IMG/VR virus record: IMGVR_UViG_3300025085_000018
Coordinates: 1-61,583 of that record
Direction: 5' to 3' (one strand)
Length of the DNA: 61,583 bases
DNA from: a virus
Lineage: Duplodnaviria > Caudoviricetes
Part shown: piece by piece, positions 9,686 through 19,139 of the stretch
Position numbering within the stretch: the stretch's first letter is position 1
How the letters are laid out: every line of letters begins with the position of its first letter
Made by a program: the position numbers and the translations under genes
The notes under the pieces: generated by a model
Databases searched by the model: none
Told to the model about the DNA's origin: nothing
The model's input: only the letters and a program-made list of their open reading frames with translations

Positions 9686-11239
9686 ATGGACGGAATTGTC
9701 AAAAACCTTAGCTTTGGTGACGAAGCTAAACAAAAGGTATTTAAAGGAATAGATAAACTCACTAAAGCTGTTAGCTCTACATTAGGGGCTAGCGGCAAGT
9801 GTGTTATCATGGAGGATAACTCTGGTGTTCCTATAATAACAAAAGATGGTGTAACAGTAGCTAATTCTGTTATACTAAGAGATCCTGTAGAAAATATGGG
9901 TGCTACGTTATTAAAAGAAGCAGCTAGAAAAACAGTAAGAGAAGCTGGCGACGGTACAACTACAGCTACAGTATTAGCACACTCAATAATGAATAGTGCT
10001 AAAAGTAGTGATAGAAAAGTAAGAGATGGTATATCATCTGGTGTAGATAAAGTTATTGATTACTTAAAATCTATATCAATACCTGTAAAAGGTAAAATGA
10101 TTGATGACATAGCTACTATATCTACAAATAACGACAAAGAACTTGGTAAATTAATAGCTGATGCTTTTAGATCAGTTGGCCAAACAGGTGTTGTTACTAT
10201 GGAGCCATCAGAAGGTGGTTTAACAGAAGTTGAAATAGTAGAAGGTGTTGAGTACGAAAAAGGTTTTTCTCACGGTGAATTTATAACAGATAAAGACAAA
10301 GGTACAGCTGAGCTAGACAATGCTTTAGTTTTACTTATGGATTCTAAGATAGATTCAATAAGACAAATACAACCAGTACTAGAACATGTTATAAAAGGTA
10401 ACAAGGCTTTGTTAATTATTGGTGAAGTTGAAGCTGGTGTTTTATCAGCTCTTGTAATGAACAAGAAAAAAGGTAATATAAAAATAAATGTTATAGAACC
10501 ACCTGCTTTTGGATTAAGAAGAAAAGAAATATTTAACGACTTATCTTTATTAACAGGAGCAACTATTATAAACGAAGATTTAGGTGATGATTTAAACACT
10601 ATACAAGTTAATTATCTTGGTAAATGTGTTAAGTCAACATCCACTCAAGATGAAACTATTATACAAATAAATGATGTGTCTGAAGAGGTAGACGATATAA
10701 TAGAAAAAATAAAAAAAGATTTAAAAAAGAAAAATAAAGCACATATTCAAATTGGTCTTGAAAAAAGATTAGCTAGATTAAGTGCAAAAGTAGCAATAGT
10801 TAAAATTGGTGCTAATTCTGATATTGAATTAAAAGAAAAAAGTGATAGAGTCGAAGATGCTATTTGTGCTACTAAAGCTGCTATTAAAGAAGGTATTGTA
10901 CCAGGTGGTGGTATTGCTTTGCTTAACGCTTCTAGTGTTTTAAAACCTGAGAACAAAGGTGAAGAAGTATTACTTGAAGCTATAAAAGCACCGTTTAACA
11001 CATTATTAAGTAATGCCGGTATAGTTTTAACGTCTGAACAATTAAAAAATTTACATTCAAACGAAGGTAAAGGATTAGATGTGGTTACAGGAAATATGGT
11101 AAATATGGTAAAGCTAGGTATTATAGATCCATTACTGGTAACAAAAAGCGCTTTAATAAACGCAGCTTCTGTAGCTACTACAATACTTTCAACTGATTGT
11201 GTAATAAATAACATGAGGATAGATGAAGGCAATAGGTAG
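9686..11239 (+). CDS. groEL: Chaperonin GroEL (phage-encoded)
   Basis: ITKDGVTVA, GDGTTTATVLA, EDAICATKAAIKEGIVPGGG and GIIDP motifs; no C-terminal GGM tail. Confidence 0.97.
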   Translation: MDGIVKNLSFGDEAKQKVFKGIDKLTKAVSSTLGASGKCVIMEDNSGVPIITKDGVTVANSVILRDPVENMGATLLKEAARKTVREAGDGTTTATVLAHSIMNSAKSSDRKVRDGISSGVDKVIDYLKSISIPVKGKMIDDIATISTNNDKELGKLIADAFRSVGQTGVVTMEPSEGGLTEVEIVEGVEYEKGFSHGEFITDKDKGTAELDNALVLLMDSKIDSIRQIQPVLEHVIKGNKALLIIGEVEAGVLSALVMNKKKGNIKINVIEPPAFGLRRKEIFNDLSLLTGATIINEDLGDDLNTIQVNYLGKCVKSTSTQDETIIQINDVSEEVDDIIEKIKKDLKKKNKAHIQIGLEKRLARLSAKVAIVKIGANSDIELKEKSDRVEDAICATKAAIKEGIVPGGGIALLNASSVLKPENKGEEVLLEAIKAPFNTLLSNAGIVLTSEQLKNLHSNEGKGLDVVTGNMVNMVKLGIIDPLLVTKSALINAASVATTILSTDCVINNMRIDEGNR

Positions 11240-11483
11240 AAACTTAATAATAGAGAAAATAGAAGAAGGAACTACTGAAACAAAAGGTGGTTTATTGCTA
11301 GCAGAGCTTCATAGAGACGATATAAGGTACATTAGAGCTAACGTAATAGAAGTTGGAGATGAAGTGTTAGGTTTAAAAAAAGAAGACCTTATATACTATG
11401 ATCGACATGCTGGTCACAAAATAGAAATTGAAAATAAATCATATCACGTAATAAAAACACAAGATGTGGTTGTTGTTTTATGA
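11223..11483 (+). CDS. groES: Co-chaperonin GroES
   Basis: 86 aa; mobile-loop TKGGLLL, VIEVG and C-terminal YHVIKTQDVV; overlaps the groEL stop. Confidence 0.9.
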   Translation: MKAIGRNLIIEKIEEGTTETKGGLLLAELHRDDIRYIRANVIEVGDEVLGLKKEDLIYYDRHAGHKIEIENKSYHVIKTQDVVVVL

Positions 11484-11923
11484 AAAAGCTAGACGCTGGA
11501 GACCTAAAAGATCTCAATTTGCTAAAACATTATCGTATAATACGTAAGTGGGCTTGTAAAAACAATAACCTTCGTGAAGCTGATTTAGAATTACTACTAT
11601 ATTTAGATTGTATAGACTTGTTTACAAAGAAAGATTTTGAAGCAGGTGTATACTCTTATAGTTGGGATAACAGAAGATGGTCTAGGTTAATAAAAGAAGA
11701 CTGGATAGTTGTTTGGAGAAAAAGAAATAGAACTACGCAAACTTATAATATATATAAGGTTTCTTTTAAGGGTAAACAGTTAATAAATAGAATATATAAA
11801 ATAATGTTAGGTAAAGAAAAAATACCTACTAGTTTTAGAAGAAATAAAATAATGGAAGGTAAATCTTATATGGACAAGGTTTTAACAAAGTCCATAAAAG
11901 ACGTAAATAAAGATACAATATGA
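11480..11923 (+). CDS. Hypothetical basic protein, possible winged-HTH
   Basis: L..ADLELLLYL...RLIKEDWI...YKVSFKGKQLI resembles MarR-type wHTH spacing. Confidence 0.45.
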   Translation: MKKLDAGDLKDLNLLKHYRIIRKWACKNNNLREADLELLLYLDCIDLFTKKDFEAGVYSYSWDNRRWSRLIKEDWIVVWRKRNRTTQTYNIYKVSFKGKQLINRIYKIMLGKEKIPTSFRRNKIMEGKSYMDKVLTKSIKDVNKDTI

Positions 11924-12261
11924 TACCAAATTTAGCAGCAATAGTACAACAAGCTCAGTCTATGGGTTTAGATCAAAATAGTAGCGCAGTTGCGCCACAA
12001 CCTAATAACGGTGGTACTGTAGTTGGAACAGGTACTAGTGTAAATGATTTATCTTATTTTTCAAAACCTATGGGTATAGAAGCTCAATCAGCTGATGAAG
12101 TTAGAGCGCAAGCAACAACAAATATGATGAATCAATCTCAAATGTTATCTAGCCCTATAAATCCAGATGGTTTTTCAAGATCAGAAGAAGAAATAACAAA
12201 CATGTTTAATCCTCAAAGACAAGAAGATTTAACATACAATCCAACTAAACAAATAAAATAA
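11920..12261 (+). CDS. Hypothetical protein
   Basis: ATGA overlap with the previous ORF; polar, low complexity. Confidence 0.6.
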   Translation: MIPNLAAIVQQAQSMGLDQNSSAVAPQPNNGGTVVGTGTSVNDLSYFSKPMGIEAQSADEVRAQATTNMMNQSQMLSSPINPDGFSRSEEEITNMFNPQRQEDLTYNPTKQIK

Positions 12262-12266
12262 AAATT

Positions 12267-12485
12267 ATGCATAAAACAGATCCAAATTATAACGAAGTAA
12301 TGGCATCTAAAAACGCTCATGGTGTTGTAGGTGAAAGCGCTATATGGGATGGGCCATTAGACCAAACAGGTAGAGCTCATGGAAAAGGTAATAGCTCAGG
12401 AATAACAGGTATGCAAATACTAAAAGCAGATTTACCTTACAAAGGTATAAATGCGGTAATGTGCGCTCAAGGTAAAAAATATTAA
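12267..12485 (+). CDS. Hypothetical protein
   Basis: Tightly packed ORF in the operon. Confidence 0.65.
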   Translation: MHKTDPNYNEVMASKNAHGVVGESAIWDGPLDQTGRAHGKGNSSGITGMQILKADLPYKGINAVMCAQGKKY

Positions 12486-12496
12486 AAGACAAAGAA

Positions 12497-12817
12497 ATGG
12501 GATTATTTAAAACACAAGACTCTACTATAAGTCAAGCTATGCCTTTAACGGCTGCTATGATAGCTAGTATTGACGCTAGACCAGCTTGGGCATTTGAAAA
12601 CCAAAGTGGGACATTAGGTACTAACCTAAACTCATCTGTAATATATTGTGGTGTAATGCCAGCAGATGCATCAATAAGCGTGAGACTACCAGGTAGTTCA
12701 CAAGTAATAACTTTTGAAGGTTTACAATCTGGATCAATACTTCCAGTAGCTGTTGATTATGTTACAGCTGTGGCAGGTACTGGTGTAACAGTAGGTGACT
12801 TTATAGTAGGAAAATAA
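12497..12817 (+). CDS. Hypothetical beta-rich protein, possibly virion-associated
   Basis: IYCG...ITFEGLQSGSILPVAVDYV pattern seen in small phage structural proteins. Confidence 0.6.
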   Translation: MGLFKTQDSTISQAMPLTAAMIASIDARPAWAFENQSGTLGTNLNSSVIYCGVMPADASISVRLPGSSQVITFEGLQSGSILPVAVDYVTAVAGTGVTVGDFIVGK

Positions 12818-12820
12818 GAT

Positions 12821-13057
12821 ATGGAATCAAAAAAAGGATACACAGGACATTACTCGGGTAATCACCCTAAGCACTCTAAAGTTACTAAAAGTAATTTAGA
12901 TGCTACAAGAAGAGATGACGAAGCTCACATGAAATATTTAAAAGAAGATGTAGACTATGATAATAAACATGGTCACAGTGATATAGATATGACTGCAGAT
13001 GAAAAACATATATCAAAACTTGCAGGCGATTTAAAGTACGACGAAAAGCATCATTAA
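12821..13057 (+). CDS. His/Asp-rich hypothetical protein
   Basis: Internal repeat DEAHMKYLKEDVDYD / DEKHISKLAGDLKYD. Confidence 0.65.
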   Translation: MESKKGYTGHYSGNHPKHSKVTKSNLDATRRDDEAHMKYLKEDVDYDNKHGHSDIDMTADEKHISKLAGDLKYDEKHH

Positions 13058-13087
13058 AATAAACAGAGTAAACTGACAAATCAAAAA

Positions 13088-13118
13088 AACATTTAACATT
13101 TAACATTTAACATTTAAC
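13088..13118 (+). repeat. (AACATTT)x4 tandem repeat in a gene leader
   Basis: Directly visible, ending 10 nt upstream of the ATG at 13129. Confidence 0.9.
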
Positions 13119-13128
13119 AAAAAAAATT

Positions 13129-13419
13129 ATGGCAAATTACATTAAAATTAAAGCAGCAGATATCAATGTTGCTGATCAACTTTCAGACGTAATAATCGGA
13201 GGCGTTGATTCTGTTTATCAAGGAATAGCAAACGGAACAGGAGCTCCTAACACCTTTGTAGTATATTCAGGAGGTAAAAGTTATTTATTTACAGTTACTG
13301 CAAAAGGTAAAGAGTGGGCTGATCAATTTATTTCAGCTGTCACTGCTAACCCAGGTGGACCTTTAGCAATCGTGCAAAACAGCACTGGCGTAAAAATTAC
13401 TGACATAGTAATAGCATAA
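13129..13419 (+). CDS. Hypothetical protein, possibly structural
   Basis: Clean ORF with strong A-rich leader. Confidence 0.7.
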   Translation: MANYIKIKAADINVADQLSDVIIGGVDSVYQGIANGTGAPNTFVVYSGGKSYLFTVTAKGKEWADQFISAVTANPGGPLAIVQNSTGVKITDIVIA

Positions 13420-13421
13420 CC

Positions 13422-13577
13422 ATGCAATCTAGAGGATTAGGCGACAGTATTGCTAAGTTCACTAAAAAAACAGGTATTAAGACCATTGTAGATAGAATGT
13501 CTGATGGTCTTAATCTACCTTGTGGTTGTGAACAAAGGCAATCGTGGTTTAATGAAAAGTTTCCTTACAATAAATAA
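13422..13577 (+). CDS. Small GLGD...CGC protein (51 aa, not in ORF track)
   Basis: MQSRGLGDSIAKFTKKTGIK...PCGCEQRQSWFNEKFPYNK; fills the gap exactly; this motif pattern recurs in small phage proteins. Confidence 0.75.
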   Translation: MQSRGLGDSIAKFTKKTGIKTIVDRMSDGLNLPCGCEQRQSWFNEKFPYNK

Positions 13578-13578
13578 C

Positions 13579-13920
13579 ATGGCATTTAAAATAACACCAC
13601 CGTTCGACTTAACAGATATGAGCACCTCTATATTCGAAAGAGATATGGGTGAAGATCCTGTTTATGCTAGAACTCCTAAAAATGGTGTTATAGTTTTGAA
13701 CAAGGATTTAAAAGATCCTATTGAAAAAGCTAAAACTATCGCTCATGAGAAAGTCCACATAGATCAATACAAAAGTGGAGAGCTTGATTACGAGGTTGAT
13801 GGTGCTGGTAAAGGTTATGTTGATTTTAGAGGAAAAAGATTCGATTATTCAATAATGCAAAAAGGTAAAGGGCCTTGGGAAAAACCAGCCTACGCCGCAG
13901 AAAAAAAAATAAATATATAA
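13579..13920 (+). CDS. Small zincin-like metallopeptidase
   Basis: IAHEKVH (HEXXH) with downstream PWEKPAY; start moved to the ATG at 13579, after the GLGD gene. Confidence 0.65.
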   Translation: MAFKITPPFDLTDMSTSIFERDMGEDPVYARTPKNGVIVLNKDLKDPIEKAKTIAHEKVHIDQYKSGELDYEVDGAGKGYVDFRGKRFDYSIMQKGKGPWEKPAYAAEKKINI

Positions 13921-13925
13921 AAAAT

Positions 13926-14855
13926 ATGAAAACAAATCAAGATGGCGGAAGTGATTCTGCTAAAAAACCAAGCGCTCCAGCAGAGCAGATAGCGGGAAAT
14001 CAAAAAGGCGCGGCTAAATATGGTCACCATAAAGGAGCAGCTGATTATAGCGTAAAAAAAGGATCACACGATCACCCACACGGAGCACCTAAAATGGGTT
14101 ACAAACAATCATTTGGAGCAGGTAAAGCAAACTGCTATGCAAAAGGCGCTGCTAAGGTAGCTGAAATAATGACATTTGGAGCTTCTAAATATGGTCATCA
14201 CAAAGGAGCTGCTGATTCAGGTCACGGTGGACCTGCTGGTCATACTCATCCTAGTATGACAACAAAATCTATAGAGACTTCAGGTGGCGGATCTAGTTCT
14301 TCTAGTTCTTCAACAAAAGGTGGAAGCTCTAGCTCTAGACAATCAACAAATAATTTATCTAGTTACCAAGCTACTTTAAAAGACTTAGGACCTAACTTTA
14401 AACCTACAGCGGAGCAAACAGCAAAAGCTAACGCTAGAGTTGCATTACTTAAAAAGAAAGATTCAGAAGCTAGAAAAGCTAACTCTACTTCATCAAGCTC
14501 TTCTTCTAACAATACTAATAGCGGAAGTACAACTAGAAAAAGTGAAACTATAACTTCTAAAAAATCTATGGGCGCTGTTCAAGAAAAAGGGAAAATAGCA
14601 GATGAGAATAGAGCTTCAAAAAATGCTTATAATAGAGAGATGACTAATATAAGAGCGGCTAGCGATTCTATTTCTGCACGTAACAACTTTTTAAATAAAA
14701 AACCAGCGCACCTGCAAAATCATCCAAAAGCACTCAGTACAGCTGCGGCAATTGGTGGTGTTGAAGCTAAGAAAACTAGAATCAAAAGTGGTGACTTTAG
14801 TTTTACAGAAGCTAATAAGATCCAAAAAGCAGGTCGAAACAGTAGCGGAAGATAA
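13926..14855 (+). CDS. Basic, low-complexity (Ser/Gly/His/Lys) protein
   Basis: Repeat GA(A/S)KYGHHKGAAD twice plus poly-Ser tracts; start moved to ATG 13926. Confidence 0.7.
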   Translation: MKTNQDGGSDSAKKPSAPAEQIAGNQKGAAKYGHHKGAADYSVKKGSHDHPHGAPKMGYKQSFGAGKANCYAKGAAKVAEIMTFGASKYGHHKGAADSGHGGPAGHTHPSMTTKSIETSGGGSSSSSSSTKGGSSSSRQSTNNLSSYQATLKDLGPNFKPTAEQTAKANARVALLKKKDSEARKANSTSSSSSSNNTNSGSTTRKSETITSKKSMGAVQEKGKIADENRASKNAYNREMTNIRAASDSISARNNFLNKKPAHLQNHPKALSTAAAIGGVEAKKTRIKSGDFSFTEANKIQKAGRNSSGR

Positions 14856-14857
14856 TT

Positions 14858-15259
14858 TTGAAAAAAATATTTCAATGGCTTACAGGTGGCGTTATCAAAG
14901 AAGTTGGTGACGTCATCGATAAGTTAACTACTACGGATGAAGAGAAACTGCTGATTAAAAAGCAAGTTCAAGAAATAATGAACAAAGCTAATGCTGATGC
15001 AGAGAATCAAATAACAAGGCGTTGGGAGAGTGATATGAAGTCAGATTCATGGCTTTCTAAGAACACACGACCTTTAGCCCTTATATTTTTATCAGTTATG
15101 GCTATATCATTTATATGGGTTGATAGTCATGAGGAAATATCTTTTACAGTAGAACAAGAGTGGATTGCATTATTAAAGCAATTACTTACAACTGTTTATA
15201 TAGCATACTTTGGTTCTAGAGGTATGGAAAAATTCAAAACTATAAGTAATAATAAATAG
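14858..15259 (+). CDS. Putative 3TM-type holin (GTA holin-like)
   Basis: RWESDMKSDSWLSKNTRP + hydrophobic helices + YFGSRGMEK; TTG start. Confidence 0.7.
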   Translation: MKKIFQWLTGGVIKEVGDVIDKLTTTDEEKLLIKKQVQEIMNKANADAENQITRRWESDMKSDSWLSKNTRPLALIFLSVMAISFIWVDSHEEISFTVEQEWIALLKQLLTTVYIAYFGSRGMEKFKTISNNK

Positions 15260-15285
15260 TAGGAATATTAATTAAATCAAATTAA

Positions 15286-15627
15286 ATGAAAAACTTAATT
15301 ATTACATTAGGTCTTTTCTGCTCTGTGTTTTCATATTCACAAGATAGGAAAGATTTTGCAGGTGTTTGGCAAGATGTTAAAAATGACGACACATTATTAG
15401 TAATTTATCACAACGAAACCATAGGCTCTTTAAAGTTCTGGAATTTTAAACTAGACAGAGAGTGGAGTATAAATGAAGATTTTTTATACGAAGAAAATGG
15501 CTTAGTAAAAACAATGCATGAAGATGCTTTAAACAGTGTTAAATTTTCAAACCAATATACGTTAAAAGATGGCGTATTAACAAAAGAAGCAAATGGTATG
15601 TTTCAAGAATTCACTAAATTAAATTAA
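15286..15627 (+). CDS. Secreted protein with Sec signal peptide
   Basis: MKNLIITLGLFCSVFSYS|QD with Gln at +1 (Bacteroidota Q-rule); FAGVW lipocalin-like start. Confidence 0.7.
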   Translation: MKNLIITLGLFCSVFSYSQDRKDFAGVWQDVKNDDTLLVIYHNETIGSLKFWNFKLDREWSINEDFLYEENGLVKTMHEDALNSVKFSNQYTLKDGVLTKEANGMFQEFTKLN

Positions 15628-15635
15628 ATCAAATT

Positions 15636-15884
15636 ATGAGTAAAGTAAACAAGATTAAAGACGAAGAGCTACAAAAAATTGTAGAAAAAACTAAAGAGCA
15701 AAACGAACTATTAAGAACAATAGGTGTTCTTGAAACTCAAAAACAAGGTGTTTTAGTTCAGTTGGCTAATAGTAATAAAGATCTAGAGGAAATTAAAAAA
15801 GAACTAGAAGATGAATACGGTCAGGTAACTGTAAACCTAGAAGACGGTAGTTATACTGAAATCGAAAAAGAAGATGACAAATAA
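15636..15884 (+). CDS. Coiled-coil hypothetical protein
   Basis: Heptad-rich, ending LEDEYGQVTVNLEDGSY. Confidence 0.75.
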   Translation: MSKVNKIKDEELQKIVEKTKEQNELLRTIGVLETQKQGVLVQLANSNKDLEEIKKELEDEYGQVTVNLEDGSYTEIEKEDDK

Positions 15885-16101
15885 TATTAGAAAGATCAGT
15901 ATCGGATCTGACTACAAAAATGATGCTATGCATTATTCAGTAGGGCAACAAGTATATGGTGGTCATGAAATATCACATATATTGCTAGATGATTCTGATA
16001 AATCTTATAATATACACATCAAAAAAAACAACGACGTATTGCCATGGAAAAAATTTAATTCTAACATGGCAATATCAGTTGAATATGATTTAGAGTATTA
16101 A
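15874..16101 (+). CDS. Hypothetical protein
   Basis: Overlap-coupled ORF (IRKISIGSDYKNDAMHYSVGQ). Confidence 0.75.
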   Translation: MTNNIRKISIGSDYKNDAMHYSVGQQVYGGHEISHILLDDSDKSYNIHIKKNNDVLPWKKFNSNMAISVEYDLEY

Positions 16102-16706
16102 TGAGAAGTTTATATGACTTTATAGTTAAACCTGTAGGAGAAGAATATGACAATGAAAAATCTATAGGTGATAAAAAAATTATATTAAATACTAAAATAG
16201 AGAGTTTTAAATTTGTAAATAATTTAGCTGAGGTTGTAGAAACACCTAAAGCATACAAAACTCCTATTGAAAAAGGTGATTTAATAATAATACATCATAA
16301 TGTTTTTCGTACGTTTTACGATATGAAAGGCAATAAAAAGAAAAGTAGATCATCTTTTATAGATGGTTTATATTTTTGTGCTTTAGATCAAGTGTATCTT
16401 TATAAAAAAGATATAAAATGGAAGTCTATAAATAGTAGATGTTTCATAAAACCGTTAAAGATAAAAGACGGATTAGAAGTAGCTAAAGAGAAAAAGCTTA
16501 TTGGTATATTAAAAATAGGTAATAGCTCGTTAGAAGCGCTAGGAATAAACGAGGGTGATACTGTTGGTTATACTCCATACGGTGAATATGATTTTATTGT
16601 TGACGAAGAGCGTTTATATTGTATGAAATCAAATGATATTGTTATAAAGTATGAAAACGAAGGAAACGAAGTTGAATATAATCCACGCTGGGCAAGTAGC
16701 AGTTGA
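16101..16706 (+). CDS. Tandem GroES-like protein (two Cpn10-like folds)
   Basis: Two units: FIVKP...AEVVETP...IEKGDLII and CFIKP...GILKIG...INEGDTV...LYCMKSNDIV. Confidence 0.65.
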   Translation: MRSLYDFIVKPVGEEYDNEKSIGDKKIILNTKIESFKFVNNLAEVVETPKAYKTPIEKGDLIIIHHNVFRTFYDMKGNKKKSRSSFIDGLYFCALDQVYLYKKDIKWKSINSRCFIKPLKIKDGLEVAKEKKLIGILKIGNSSLEALGINEGDTVGYTPYGEYDFIVDEERLYCMKSNDIVIKYENEGNEVEYNPRWASSS

Positions 16707-16926
16707 GGAGTTAATAAAGGTAGCTAAAGAACCTATAGTAGATTCAGACGATGACATATCAGCTGACAGACTTAAAAACGCGGCAGCTACAAAAAAGCTA
16801 GCTATATTTGATGCTTTTGAAATACTAAGCAGGATACAACAAGAAGAAGAGTTATTAAACGAAAAACCTAAAGAAGTTAAGCAAGAAAAAGCTTTTAAAG
16901 GTTTTGCTGAAGGTAGATCTAAATAA
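16651..16926 (+). CDS. Putative terminase small subunit
   Basis: Small helical protein directly upstream of, and coupled to, the large terminase; positional inference. Confidence 0.45.
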   Translation: MKTKETKLNIIHAGQVAVEELIKVAKEPIVDSDDDISADRLKNAAATKKLAIFDAFEILSRIQQEEELLNEKPKEVKQEKAFKGFAEGRSK

Positions 16927-19139
16927 TGTACGAGCAGCAGTTATATAAAGTATTAAATAACTATATAGATTCTAAAACTTTAAATCATAAGAATAAATAT
17001 AAGAAATGGGATTACGGTTATAATGAAGAATATGATGTTGTTGTTATAAGTAAAACCGGAGAAATAGGTGAGGTTTATGAGATACAAAACTTAAAAATTG
17101 CATTACCTAAAAAACATGATGTAATTAAATTTGAGAATAACAAATGGACTTACTCAGGTTATCCTAAGGAATTAAAAAAAATTAAATCAGTATTTGACTG
17201 GGAAGAATACCCTTTAGATTTTAAAGAAAAATGGTATGATTATATCGACAAAGAGTTTACAAGGCGTGAAGAAGGTTTTTGGTTCATTAATAAAAATGTT
17301 CCTACTTATATTACTGGCACTCACTATATGTACTTGCAGTGGAGTAAAATTGATGTTGGGCAACCAGACTTTAGGGAGTCAAACAGATTATTCTATATAT
17401 TCTGGGAAGCTTGCAAAGCAGACACAAGATCTTACGGAATGTGTTATCTTAAAAACCGTAGGTCTGGATTCTCTTTTATGTCATCAGCCGAGTCAGTTAA
17501 CCTTGCTACAATATCCACAGATTCAAGATTTGGCATATTGTCAAAATCTGGTCCTGACGCAAAGAAAATGTTTACCGACAAAGTTGTACCAATATCAGTC
17601 AACTACCCGTTCTTTTTTAAACCAATACAAGACGGTATGGATAGACCAAAGACCGAACTTGCGTACAGGGTACCTGCTTCTAAATTCACCCGTAGAAAAC
17701 TTGATGATAACACTAAGTTGCAAGAGATCACGGGCCTGGACACCACTATTGATTGGAAAAATACAGGGGACAACTCTTATGATGGTGAAAAACTAAAGTT
17801 ATTAGTTCACGATGAATCAGGTAAGTGGGAAAGACCAAACAATATATTAAACAACTGGCGTGTTACAAAAACAACACTTAGACTGGGTAGTAAGGTTATA
17901 GGTAAGTGTATGATGGGAAGTACATCAAACTCTTTAGATAAGGGTGGTGATAATTTTAAAAAATTATATAACGATTCAGATGTTACAAAAAGAAACGCCA
18001 ACGGACAGACTAGCTCGGGACTCTATTCTTTGTTCATACCTATGGAATGGAATTACGAAGGATACATTGATTCTTATGGCATACCTGTCTTCGACACACC
18101 AAAAAAACCAGTTGAAGATCCTCACGGGACTAAAATAAAAATAGGTGTAATAGAGTACTGGCAAAACGAAGTAAACGGTTTAAAGGAAGATCAAGATGGT
18201 TTAAATGAATTTTATCGTCAATTCCCAAGAACAGAAGAACATGCTTTTAGAGATGAGGCTAAATCATCTTTATTTAATCTAACTAAGATATACCAACAAA
18301 TAGATTGGAATGCTGATTTAAAAAACAGTGGAATAATAACTCAAGGAAATTTTCAATGGGTAAATGGAGTAAAAGATACTAAGGTATTATTTATGCCAAG
18401 CAAACAAGGTAGGTTTTTCTTATCTTGGACACCACCTATTGAAATGCAAAACAGAGTTGTAATTAAAAATGGATTAAAATGGCCAGGTAACGAACATACT
18501 GGAGCTTTTGGTTGTGATAGCTATGATATATCAGGTACTGTTGACCGAAGAGGTTCTAATGGTGCTTTAACAGGTTTAACCAAGTTTAGTATGGAGAACG
18601 TTCCACCTAATCATTTTTTCTTAGAATATATCGCTCGTCCACAGACGGCTGAGATATTTTTTGAAGATGTATTAATGGCTTGCGTTTTTTATGGTATGCC
18701 AATACTAGCAGAGAACAACAAACCAAGACTTTTATATTATTTTAAAAGAAGAGGTTATAGAGGTTACTCAATGAACAGGCCAGATAAAAAATATAATAAG
18801 CTTTCTACAACAGAAAGAGAAATAGGTGGAATACCTAATTCAAGTGAAGATATCAAACAAGCACACGCTGCAGCTATAGAGTCGTATATAGAAGAACATG
18901 TAGGTTTAAAGGAAAATGGTGATTACGGTGATGTGTATTTTCAAAGAACATTAGAAGATTGGGCTAAGTTTAATATAAACAATAGAACATCTCATGATGC
19001 TTCTATAAGCTCAGGTTTAGCTATAATGGCTTGCAACAAAAATAAATATAGACCAAATCCTGTTATTCAAAGAAAAGTTTACGATTTAGGTTTTAAAAAA
19101 TATAACAACAAAGGTACATTGTCAAAAATAATCGAATAG
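16926..19139 (+). CDS. Terminase large subunit
   Basis: Deviant Walker A LKNRRSGFS, Walker B LLVHDESGKW, MMGST coupling motif, nuclease GCDSYD and a late Asp (SHDASIS). Confidence 0.9.
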   Translation: MYEQQLYKVLNNYIDSKTLNHKNKYKKWDYGYNEEYDVVVISKTGEIGEVYEIQNLKIALPKKHDVIKFENNKWTYSGYPKELKKIKSVFDWEEYPLDFKEKWYDYIDKEFTRREEGFWFINKNVPTYITGTHYMYLQWSKIDVGQPDFRESNRLFYIFWEACKADTRSYGMCYLKNRRSGFSFMSSAESVNLATISTDSRFGILSKSGPDAKKMFTDKVVPISVNYPFFFKPIQDGMDRPKTELAYRVPASKFTRRKLDDNTKLQEITGLDTTIDWKNTGDNSYDGEKLKLLVHDESGKWERPNNILNNWRVTKTTLRLGSKVIGKCMMGSTSNSLDKGGDNFKKLYNDSDVTKRNANGQTSSGLYSLFIPMEWNYEGYIDSYGIPVFDTPKKPVEDPHGTKIKIGVIEYWQNEVNGLKEDQDGLNEFYRQFPRTEEHAFRDEAKSSLFNLTKIYQQIDWNADLKNSGIITQGNFQWVNGVKDTKVLFMPSKQGRFFLSWTPPIEMQNRVVIKNGLKWPGNEHTGAFGCDSYDISGTVDRRGSNGALTGLTKFSMENVPPNHFFLEYIARPQTAEIFFEDVLMACVFYGMPILAENNKPRLLYYFKRRGYRGYSMNRPDKKYNKLSTTEREIGGIPNSSEDIKQAHAAAIESYIEEHVGLKENGDYGDVYFQRTLEDWAKFNINNRTSHDASISSGLAIMACNKNKYRPNPVIQRKVYDLGFKKYNNKGTLSKIIE

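Noticed and set aside
13088-13118. CRISPR or iteron array
   Set aside because: 7-nt contiguous units without spacers; no cas genes and no spacer-separated repeats seen in the window.
16926-19139. Inteins or introns in terminase (also checked nrdA and helicase)
   Set aside because: Reading frames are continuous, lengths are ordinary and no intein splice-junction or LAGLIDADG motifs were seen.
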